Of a DNA stretch of 32,447 bases, positions 1 through 10,500 are shown piece by piece. Position numbers and translations under genes: made by a program. Source of the DNA: Seison nebaliae (Eukaryota). The notes below the pieces were generated by a model. It was not told the DNA's origin and searched no databases. It was given only the letters and a program-made list of their open reading frames with translations. Position 1 is the stretch's first letter. The number at the start of each line of letters is the position of its first letter. Location: NCBI GenBank assembly GCA_023231475.1, contig JALJEE010002300.1, positions 1-32,447 of the forward strand. Reading direction: 5' to 3'.

Positions 1-217
1 CACTGTATACATGTCATTTCATTCATTTTTCATTTTTTCTGAGAAATTTTGTAAAATTTTTATAGAAAGCGTTCGCGAACGAAATGAGAACATTCGTTCG
101 AGCGGTATTGAGAAGAACAATGTATTTCGTTCTCGTCCAATTGATTTTCAAAAACTAGACATCACAATTATATTCGAGAACAGTCCATTTTTGTTCGTGT
201 TCGTGTGAACAGCACTA
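1..217. mobile_element. Possible terminal part of a hAT-like MITE
   Basis: Dense GTTCG/CGAAC/GAGAAC subterminal motifs in both orientations, ending ...GTGAACAGCACTA (reverse complement TAGTGCTG, a hAT-like terminus). The partner end and TSD are not in the window. Confidence 0.3.
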
Positions 218-506
218 ATGATCCATGAGTCATACAGACATACACAACAGAATATACACCTATACATACAAGCCAAGCTATTAGCCAGACTAATGCTTTG
301 GCTCGAATCCTTTCATGAATCGGAATCGATTCCTCTCTTTAGCATAAATCTGATATTACGTGTTTAAGGTCGTATGTTCGTATTTATATTTATTTCTATG
401 TTCTGTTTTACTCGTTTAATTTAAAATGTATGAAAAATCAATTGAATCAAAATAGTTAAAAATTCATTCAAGCAAATAAGAAAATAAATCAAAATTATAA
501 TTGTTA

Positions 507-878
507 CTAATCTACATATTTGTACCAATTTTTAATTAATATATTTTTATTGGCATGTAGAAATGTCATATTCGACAAATTTTGGTAGCTCAGATACTGC
601 TCAGATAAATAAGTCACTTCATTGCCTTGATCGTACATATAATAGAACAGTTCGGATGATTCTCGGGTGTCATAAGCCTTCAATTTATGTTCACGATTTA
701 CGAATTGACCCCATTGTTGTGCCATGAGTGGCGTATATCTTTTTATATGAACGAAGAAGGGAGAATAAAATATATTTTATAAAAAGTTTTCTAAAGAGCT
801 TACTCTTTTCTGTTACAGGAACTCAACAATGTTAAAAGTGAAAATGTTAATTTTTCCAATATGATTTGTTGAATAATT
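507..878 (-). pseudogene. Possible two-exon coding fragment (878-804, 738-507) of unknown origin
   Basis: A 65-nt GTAAGC..AAAG intron (803-739) joins two open frames: IIQQIILEKLTFSLLTLLSSCNRKE-YTPLMAQQWGQFVNRE...KNWYKYVD*. No start exon is visible; LINE copies lie directly upstream. Confidence 0.25.
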
Positions 879-889
879 CTAAATAATAA

Positions 890-1242
890 GCCTACGGCGT
901 AACACCATTGTCGTTACTCCTGGCGCATAGGTTGACGTTGATAGATATCTGAAAGTAGTTGACTCTGTGCGCAGGTCGACGCAGTTCCAACGTATACACA
1001 ATGTGAGAGCTTCTCGTCTCCTCTCCAATTTTTCTGCCGATATTATTCCATTATTTATCCGACTTCACTGGATGATGCGTTAGAGATGACAACGAATTTC
1101 AATATAATTTCCTATATGCCTGATTCACTCAAGAACCACATTAATACAGGCAAAAATATTATTTCTACTAACTCCATTAAAGAGTTATCATTTTTTCTTT
1201 ATAATTTACCCGGGGTATTTGATATGAATAATAAAAAAAAAA
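890..1242 (+). mobile_element. 5'-truncated non-LTR retrotransposon (LINE) 3' end, copy A, frameshifted, with A-rich tail
   Basis: Translates (with two frame breaks) as AYGVTPLSLLLAHR..YLKVVDS..PTYTQCESFSSPLQFFCRYYSIIYPTSLDDALEMTTNFNIISYMPDSLKNHINTGKNIISTNSIKELSFFLYNLPG. From position 987 this aligns without gaps to the 30726-31214 ORF (PSFLQCKTFFNPVIFFFSYYSIDIPESFDEALYISSNFDITSHIPEYLRDEIVIGRKLITDNMYSNLFHFLFNLPR). Ends AATAATAAAAAAAAAA. Confidence 0.75.
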
Positions 1243-1659
1243 TGTAATCGGCTTATAAGGAGACTAGTTTGCTGTTTTCACAGATGCAATCGTTCTCTCC
1301 TTTTCGGAACAGTCGGTCTCCTTCCCCTACCTATTCTCTTCTCTCGTCGAGTCTTTACACTTATTGACAAGATCACTGAATCGAACTTCCACATTTCACA
1401 AATTCCGAACATAGGCATCCTAAATAATCGATCGGTATTTTCGCATACCGTTCGTTATTACGGGTTATCACGTCAGATTCAAATTGAGGATTATAGAGAT
1501 TTAACTTTTTCCTATGATCCCGCAGTTTCTATGCCAATCGATATGGATTATCTCGCTGAATTGCACCAATTCATCAATATCGGCGAAGATCAAATTTTTT
1601 TTTCATTTTTTTCTAATTTATCCCGACGGGAATTTAATCAATAAATAATAATAATAATA
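1243..1659 (+). mobile_element. 5'-truncated non-LTR retrotransposon (LINE) 3' end, copy B, open frame 1243-1644 plus (TAA)n tail
   Basis: Uninterrupted 134-codon frame with no upstream start, missing from the ORF track: CNRLIRRLVCCFHRCNRSLLFGTVGLLPLPILFSRRVFTLIDKITES...FFSNLSRREFNQ*. The R-L-I-R...L...GL-x-PL...R pattern resembles the post-RT region of LINE ORF2 and matches MFSICGLKPFPLLIVQRYLKIIQSIEES in copy C. The stop is followed directly by an ATA/TAA repeat tail. Confidence 0.7.
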
Positions 1660-1814
1660 TTTTACGGAATTATTTAATTTTCTTTTTTCTATGTTCTTTT
1701 CTTTCAGTTTTGTTGAGGATATTGTTCGATTATGAATAATTTTATAATAAAATGAATCATACAAATGTGAATGAAAAAAAATATTTTGGAAGAATTTCGT
1801 CAATTGTGACTTTG

Positions 1815-1820
1815 TTTATT
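1815..1820 (-). promoter_or_regulatory. Candidate AATAAA polyadenylation signal of the annexin gene
   Basis: AATAAA on the minus strand about 75 nt after the stop codon; such hexamers are common by chance in AT-rich DNA. Confidence 0.35.
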
Positions 1821-1894
1821 TGAGAAAAGTTCGTTATAAAAAATAGTCGAAGTGAAATTTAATTGAGAAAGAAAAGAAGATTTAGAGAAATAAA

Positions 1895-3210
1895 TTATTG
1901 ACCAACAATACCTAAGAGAATCTTGCGATAATCACCACCCGTATCATCTTTCACATCGTCGTATAATGTTCTGTTGAATAGAGATACATATTCCGATTTC
2001 ACTTTCACCAAATCAATCTGACAATTAAATGAAAATAATTTAAACAATTGTTGGATATGAGTAACTTCTGATCTGGTAATTAATAAGCGTACCAAAGTGT
2101 CGTCATCTGTTCCCGGTCCATCCATTGCGTTGTTTAATAGTCGGGCAAATAGTTGTTGACGATTTCTTGCATTCTCGACTGGAAAACGAACGTTCTTAAG
2201 TTCTTGAAACTCTAAAATTCAACCTAGCAAACGATACATCTTCTTCAAATTGCCACTCGTTTCATCCAGCAACGAATCCATAATATCTTTTTCAGCAATT
2301 TTATAATATTCTTCGAAAGTCGCTAGAAGATGTGGACGACTTCTTGATGCGAGGACTCGATTGATTTCATCTTCGTCCGTTCCCAATTTCCCTTCACCTG
2401 CCTAAACATTCGTCCCGTTCAACCAAGAGATGTTAACTAGAAAAAACGAAAGTTTTCTTAACGTCATATAATTCTTGAGCGTCTTTTTTTGTCATTTCTT
2501 CGTCCACTTCAGTATTATCTGCAGGTCGTCCTCCAGTGGCAAGGGCTCGAAATAATCGCATTACTTCTCCTTTTCCCTCATTCTCGAGAATGTCTTCAAA
2601 ATTTTTTTTGTATTCTAAAATATTAAAAAATTGTTAAAATTGATAAATTTAATTTGTAATTCTAACGTTTTTGATATGCGGCCTTTATCTCATTTATTTC
2701 AATGCCATCTCGACTACATAAGATTTCCATTAGAGCCTTCTCGTTTGTTCCGGCGCCCTTTAAATTGTTTATGATTCATTATTATTTGATTGATATTATA
2801 CTAACATCGACAGCTTTGTACAACCATTCAGCTTCATAATCTCGGAGATCCTTTAACAAATCTAGACAGACAGTTAAGAAGAATCCACTCAATTCTTCTT
2901 TAAACGCGTCCTCCAAGTCCTGTGTTATGAAATTAAAAAAATATTGGTTAAAAATTCTCTTGAACATAATTTATATTAACCACTCCATACATTGTCTTAT
3001 ACATCGAGCGGATTTCAAGTCGTTGCGAACGACATTGTTTAGTGAGGACAGATATTATCATTCTTTCGTCCGTTCCAATTCCTCTCATCGACTTCCTCAA
3101 TTTCTTGCAACATTCCTCGCAGTTAAAGTCGGGATTGGGGAGAATTGTAGCCTGATGGGAAGAGAATTATTAGGCGATTGTGAAGAGAAAGATAATTGAA
3201 CATGTTCCAT
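1895..3210 (-). CDS. Annexin, 316 aa, four annexin repeats, short N-terminus; 8 exons: 3210-3202, 3151-2981, 2919-2806, 2757-2667, 2614-2463, 2401-2224, 2178-2066, 2017-1895
   Basis: Manual splicing at GT..AG gives 951 nt, open from MEHATILPNPDFNCEECCKKLRKSMRGIGTDE to DDTGGDYRKILLGIVGQ*. All four endonexin motifs are present (MRGIGTDE, VDGAGTNE, AGEGKLGTDE, MDGPGTDD), each with a downstream acidic cap residue (EELSG, ENEGKG, DETSG, DDTGG). The 9-nt first coding exon is the least certain; an in-frame TAA lies 5 codons upstream of that ATG. Subfamily not assignable. Confidence 0.95.
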
Positions 3211-4501
3211 ATTCTCGTACAATTAATGAAAGGGGTCAAATTGTTTGTTGTTCGATTTGCTCGTGTAAAGTTAGGAATGAAATCTTCTCGATAATCGTAT
3301 ATCAAGAAATTAGAATAATAATATTTTTTATTTCAAACCAATCTCTTATTTGGTCGTATGTGCTTCGGAAATGTGAGGTCAGAAATATGATACGGAACTT
3401 AATATAATTCGGCGTCAAACAAATAGAATGTGATGACGAAATTCTGTGAGAGAATTTCAAATTTAAATAGAGCTGTAATTGCTGATATATTTCCTCAGAG
3501 AAAAAATGTAGTATATTATGCGGATAAAACTCATTTGTTTCCTCGTCGTCATGACAACAAGTCATAGCAATCTCGGTTGTTTGTACCTAAATATATTTTT
3601 CTATTTGTTTTCTATTCCTAATGTATTCTGTAACTGTTAACCAATTGTGTAGGTATACTACTTTCCACACTCTTATTCTTCATTTCTATCGTACCACATG
3701 TAACGATACATAAACATCGAAATAAATTTTATCCCTTTACCTTATTGCATCCATCGACCATTCCTCATTAATATCCTTCAAATTATACAGTGAAAATTAA
3801 ATATTTTATTTTACTTAATTTCAATATACATTCTTGTTTAGAGGAAGTATTTTAATAAGTTTGAGAATTAAATAGAAATCACCAAAACGATAAACAAAAA
3901 AAATTGCCTAATTAAAACGGAAAACTGGAAAGAAAGACCAGAACTTGCCAAATAGAGAACCGATGGAAGTCCGATTTCATTATGTTTTTAGTTGAACACT
4001 ACTTTAGACAAAAGTATCTTTTGGATAAAGCGGCACTTGGTAAACTGATGATCGACAGAAACAACTTATAAAATAGATTTTTTATTAGGTATCCGAAAGG
4101 AAAACAAAACGTTCCGTCTACCAAATGTCATATGTATGATTTCAATTCATCTCTAATTCCGATTTATTGAACTTCATTTAATTTCTTGAACTTTCAGTTA
4201 AGTGTTTTAACATTTCCCCTAGAAATCCGTTTCCATGGATGTGAACAAGTTTGTCAATTTATGAAATTAATTCGTGGAAAAATAAGTTTTTTCCTTTCAG
4301 ATTGATAAGACTATAATTGGAGAAACGAATGTTAATAAAATATTTTATTTTCCAAGTAAATTTCTGTTCTGAGAACAAAAAAACGTCGGTTTGAGATAAG
4401 TTCGATTTAAAATAAAACAATGAGAACTAAATATGTTTTGATAAATATTTCTCAGATATCATGAGAGATTAGTTATAACTGAGAGCGAAAATTTCAGTTA
4501 A

Positions 4502-7500
4502 TCAGATTCGACTTTCGTTTCCCTTTGCTTTGGGCAATTGAGAAGCAACTTGAATTATACTGTACTCATCGTAGATGTGGTCGTCTACATGTGGCGTTTG
4601 ATCGACAATCATCGTGAGATTGGTCGATCGTTTACTAGACGAATTGATATTAGCATTAGTAGGAGGTAGAACTGGTTGAAGTATGTCTAGATGTGATGAT
4701 GGTTGATTTAAATTATTCTCCATTGTTTCACTTATTCTTGTCGTTGTCTGAAAAGTGTTCTGGAGGAAGATGTTTTGATTATTTGATTTATTAATATTAT
4801 TATTATCGTTCATGATATTCGTTGTGGAATTTGGTTGTTGAGTGAACATTTGAATATTATTATTTAATGAATGCTGTTGTTGATTATTTACAATGGCCAT
4901 ATAATTTGACATTGGAATCATAATAATCTCATTGTCAATGCCTTTCACCAAATGAATATCATCAGTATGATCCAATTGATGTTGATTTGATTGATTGGAA
5001 CAAGAAATCATTGTCGATTGATCGATAGATGATTGTAAATGAGTAAGAAAATAATTTGAATTCGTCTCATTGAGATGTTGAACGATTTCATGCCGATTTC
5101 TCATCAACCAACTCTTCAACAGATGACCATTCATTAAGTTTAATGATGGTAATGACTACAAATAAAATTTATAATTAGAAATGTTGAAAATAAGAGAAAC
5201 ATTCAAGGAAAATTTAGTTTCTTCCATTTTACCCGTTATCGAGCAGAATCGTTTCATTTTCTTCTTATATTTCTTCACTATTGACGTTCTCAGCAGTATA
5301 TCAGACTAAAGAATGGGGTAAATAAGTTGAGATGGAAATGAGAATGTAAGATGAACTTCTTCTTGAACATGTGATCGATCGAACTGTTTGGCAATTCGTC
5401 TCAAATTGAATTGAGTCTTCTCATTGAAAGGAATCATATCAAAATAATATTGATAATTTAACAACATATCTTCCAATATCAGATGTTGGAAACTGGATGA
5501 GAATAAAATAAATGATGATTAAGAAGAAGAAATCATTCAAACATTTCTAATTTTAATTCGAGAAGAATATTATCATCCGAATTCGGATTGACTTCCATCC
5601 AACAATTGTCGATTAATTTCCAAATACTTCTGAAAATATTATCTTTCTCCATAACAATCTCTACAATCTCTTTCAATAGAACAGATAATGGATAATTGAT
5701 ATGTTTCTACAAATGGAATTAATAATCGAATAAAAATTTCGAATGAAAAAATCGTCCAACCATCAGATATGAAATACGTTTCGATCGATCATTGAACTGA
5801 TTGTTCTCTTTCAATTTTTTCAAATTCTCTTTCATTTGCGAATGATTATAAAGTTTCGATTTCAATTTGTCAATCGATATCGATGGTTTTGATGGGGGAA
5901 TTCCGTTGAAATTCTGAGAAGATGTTCCTGACGATGATGATGATGATGATGATGAATTGTCGACATTCGTCCCATCCACTTCCATCTGGACGACTGGTGT
6001 AAATTGATAGAATGGATTGAAATTGAATTTGATGGAAATATGAATCGAATCACTCGCACTTAATTTGACATGTTTCCATGTTAGATTAAGAGATTCATCT
6101 AGATCCAAAATTAATCGTTGATTTTCATTGGTATTATTTCCACCTTTCTTCTCATATTCAATCGAACGCGAATCGTAAGTGACCGAAGTACAAGTCGATT
6201 GTGAATTATAATTATCAGTAATTTGTTGTTGATTATTATTATTATTGTTATTATTCTTATTGTTTGTAGATGATGTTGATGATGATGATGATGAAGATTC
6301 ATTAGGAAATGATAAAATATTATTTGATGGCGGAGATCGTTCGAGAAGGAATGAGATCTTTGAATCATTCAATGGAACGAATAGGAATAATTCTCTTAAA
6401 ATATTTTCTTTCGTTCCATCAATCGATTCATCCTCATCAATCCATCTTTCAAATCGATAATATTCATTCCACGAATCACTGATGGATGTTCGAAGAAATA
6501 TGGGAAACTTTTTCGAATTGGAATGTTTAGTTAATTGGCAATTATTTCTGCGAAGTGACAACGCCGAAAAGAATTGATTTGAATCGTTCAATATGAAAGT
6601 TGATTGATAATTTGATATTGAATTGATGAATTGAAGGAAATAGTACAAATGAAATTTCAAATGATTCCTCCTCAACAATTCCTGGAGACGTAGACGAATA
6701 ATCAGTTGTAGAAAGTGACCAGCGAACGATTCATGAAATTTTACATTGGCATTGACGATACTGATAGTATCACAATGACGTTGAATGTGACATTTGATGA
6801 TATGTCTCAAACAGTCGAATTGTATCGATGACCGGTTATCGAGAAATAATAAATAATAAAATATTTTCCCATCTTGTGATATCGGATCATCACCCCCGAT
6901 TCCAGTGGCGGACGAATAGGAATGAGTGAGATAATTAAAAAATTCGTTCGAGAAGGATTCGTTCGAGAATAACTTCCGACTCAATTTCATTTGTTCGATT
7001 TGTTGAGAATTCATTAATTGATTCGAATCGATTTGACAATAGTCCTCCAACCAATTCCAAAGACATTGAGTCGAACTGTCCAAATTGAACAACAGTTTTG
7101 ATGACGTATGAATGGGAATAGCAAAAGAATTATTCGTTAGAATTCTTCTTAATTGTTTCTGTTTGAAATGGATGAAATGATTGAAGCATTTGAATTTTTG
7201 GTCAGTTCGACTCACATATCTCTTGATCATATTCGTTGGTAATGTTTGTTGAATTTGACGATTATCATTCTCAGAAATTAAATAAGTTAACGAATTCGAC
7301 AATCGTTCTCGTTTCTTCTTTTCCGAATTGAAATGACTTTGATTCGAATCCTGTACGAGAGTATTATTCGTTTTGTTGTTATTAACTTTCTTCATTTTCG
7401 GCCGATTTAATAACGTTTTATCATAATTATTTCCTAAATAATTTCTCATTGTCATGAATGTACCGTTCTTATTGACGATCGTCGAATAAAGAGACGGATG

Positions 7501-10500
7501 AACGGAAGTTGTTGGCGGGAAATATTTGTCTCTCAAATTCTGCTCTCCACTTTGACTAGTCATTGTGATGGAACTGGCAAATCCGGTATAATTACTACTA
7601 GTAACCTGTGAGGATTGGGCATTTGCATGATGGTATTGATGAACGGTATTATAATCGGAATTCGAAACGAATTTCGTCAATTTATTGAAACTGTCACTCC
7701 TCAATTTCTTCCGTCGATAATGTCGTCGAATTAATTGAATGATGATGAATGAAGTAATCAATAGAATGCCAATGATTGCAACGATTAATACTAAGAACAA
7801 ATTCTTCTTTCGATCTCCATTCACTACTCGAACATGATCAGATGATGATGATGATACCACTTTCTCAATACCACTCAAATGATATTGATAATTTGATGAA
7901 TGAATATTTATCTTCCGTTTCTTATACACATTCAATCGCTTGTAAAGTGGCTTGAGAATATTGTAAATGCTCTGAATATTAACATTGATAATAATCGTTC
8001 CGTCATTTACAATCTGATGGAATTCTTTAATGAATTCATGTAATCGATTATTTAATAAATTTTTTTCATCAACAAAATGAATATTCCCAATATTATAAGT
8101 CAGATAAGAATTCTTCTTGTTGACGAATTGACGCGATTCTCTTGGCACTAACGGAAAATAATTTGTTTTCGAGGAAATTAATCGATCCAACTCATCATCT
8201 GTTTGACCATCGACAATCGAACTTTTCTCATTCAATGTTATGATGAGGGGCAAAGAAATTCCGTTTTCAACAAGAATATCATAACCGTATGATCGTCTCG
8301 CATGCAAACAAGTGAGAATAAACAGTTCTTTATATTTACTCGTCGGCAATTGACATGATAATGTTTCTGGTTCGATCCATTTCAAATTGAAGCAAGCCAA
8401 TTCGATCGATGACTCATCATTCACTTCACATAAGATTTTTATACGAATCTCTTCATCTTCAATTGTTGCCGCAATTAATTCCCCGTTACTATTCAACCAT
8501 TTGTCTGGCAGTACTCGAACTTTCAATACTTCACTTTCGTTATTCACTTCTGGAATTTCTTCGAACTCTTTCAAAGAATTTCCTTTCAATTTCTCAATAT
8601 TTTCGAATTCCAATTTAGTGGTGATATTTCCAACTGAAATAAAAACCGGATTTCTGAAATAAAGTAACGTGTGCAAGTTCTTATAACGCGTTTGAATTCC
8701 CGGTTTCTCTTGTGAGAGAAACGAGTCGAATTGATAAACGATGGAAAACGCTCTCGTTGTCTTGTTAGTGATGGTTTGTAAAGACGGAGTACGGAAAAGA
8801 CACAATTGATCAGATAAACATCTCAATTTAGTTGGACGATATTCTTCGATCTGTCTTTCTGTATATGATTCATAGATAATCATATCCTCCTCATATACAA
8901 ATGATTTCCGTTTTAATGGCAGAAGGTAAATCAAAATATTGTGCACGTTCGAAAAACCGTTTCCATACAATAATATTTCACGATTACCTTGATCATATGA
9001 ACTCATGATTGAACGTTCAATTATCTTCTTTTTTCCATCCATCACAAATGGTGCAGTCTCATCAAAATCATCAGATGATTTTCCGGAAATCAGTTTATTG
9101 AAATTTTGATGAGTTGTCAACAATTTGAGGAGAGGATTCATTGTAATTTGAATTTGCTCTTTTAATCGAAATCGATCCTCATCTAAACTGACGAACAAAT
9201 CATATTGGGCGACTTGTGGGAAATTTTTCACAATTTCACATTCTATTCGATTATTCTCCAAATGGATTAATCGACATTCGTTCTCTTCAGACATGTCCAA
9301 ATATTTAAAATAAATTCGAATATTCGATTTCGACGTTCGTCCAACCAAGAAATTATTTCCGTCGATCGATAGAATTGACGAACGACAATATTGAATGAAA
9401 GAAGTTGGTTGAATTTTCGTAATTTGAGGAGTTAAAATTTGGAAACGATTCTCGTCAAATTCAATTATAACTGAATCATTCGAATTCTTATTCGTCTTCA
9501 AATGAAATTGAACATGTTCGTTCAATTTTCTCCCTTCTCGTACTCTCTCAGTCATTCGACAATAAATCCGATTCTCATTCATTTGAAGATGGCTTGACAA
9601 GTTACTCCCTATCTTGTTACAATCCATTCCACCTAATAAAATTCGATCGATCATATCTGGTTGGAGATTCTTCCCGAAAATTTCTATAATCGTCCCACCC
9701 TTCTTTGTCGTATTGGTCGGAGTAATATGATAAATTGTTGACTTTTCACACAATTTCAATTTACTCGAATAAAGCTTATCGTCATTCTGACATGTTCCAT
9801 CTTTCCATTCGCATGAGTATTGATAACTTACTAAATGACATTGATAACAATCGATTGCCAAGTCAGAACAATTTCGAAAATGAACCGTTTCTTCCATCGA
9901 TGATGATGGTGTTAACATTACTCCCATTCTCTTTCGAGGAATTATCCCCGATAATTGTTGTGTAGAAATACTAATTCCAAAACGACGTGAATCTTCCAAT
10001 ACAGAATTATTAAATTGACAATTAAAATTAGTCAATTTTCTAATTCCTCTCAAATGTCTCCGATCGAACACTTGTACGATATCATTATTCTCTTTTGGAA
10101 ATGATAAACAATTAACATAGAAATTGATAGATCTGTAAAATTTGGTTAGAATATGTTGAGACGTTTGTGGAATATCGATAGAGATCGAACGATTATTCGG
10201 TGTCAACGTTAACATCTTCTTCCAAATGTGTCTTCGATTGACGTTGTAGAAAGGACAAGATGAAAATGTGCGAGTTGCGAAACACGAATCCTTTTCTAAG
10301 CATTGGAAATTAGTCGTGTCATCACCAGCACAGAACGAACATTCATTTCTATGAGAATTACATTCTTTGCAGTTTGTCAATTTTCGACAATCGAACAATT
10401 TGATGGGTGGACTTACGATCAATTCGTATGAAGAATTTCTATCGAACAAATTTAACTGAATTTCACTAATTTCATTCTGTTTAATTTGTTCCATTAATTC

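Noticed and set aside
879..948. Extra minus-strand exon and 39-nt intron extending the 507-878 fragment
   Set aside because: The same bases are better explained as LINE copy A on the + strand by protein similarity to copy C.
3302..3770. Possible small spliced gene or extra annexin N-terminal exons
   Set aside because: The GT..AG combinations tried all hit stops quickly; at most 5' UTR exons.
5719..5760. Plexin ending at the ORF-track stop (VGRFFHSKFLFDY*)
   Set aside because: This is read-through into a 54-nt intron; splicing restores the remaining GAP-like segment.
5862..6460. Short ORFs with poly-His, poly-Asp or poly-Ile
   Set aside because: Alternative-frame and antisense readings of the plexin's GAT/ATT microsatellites.
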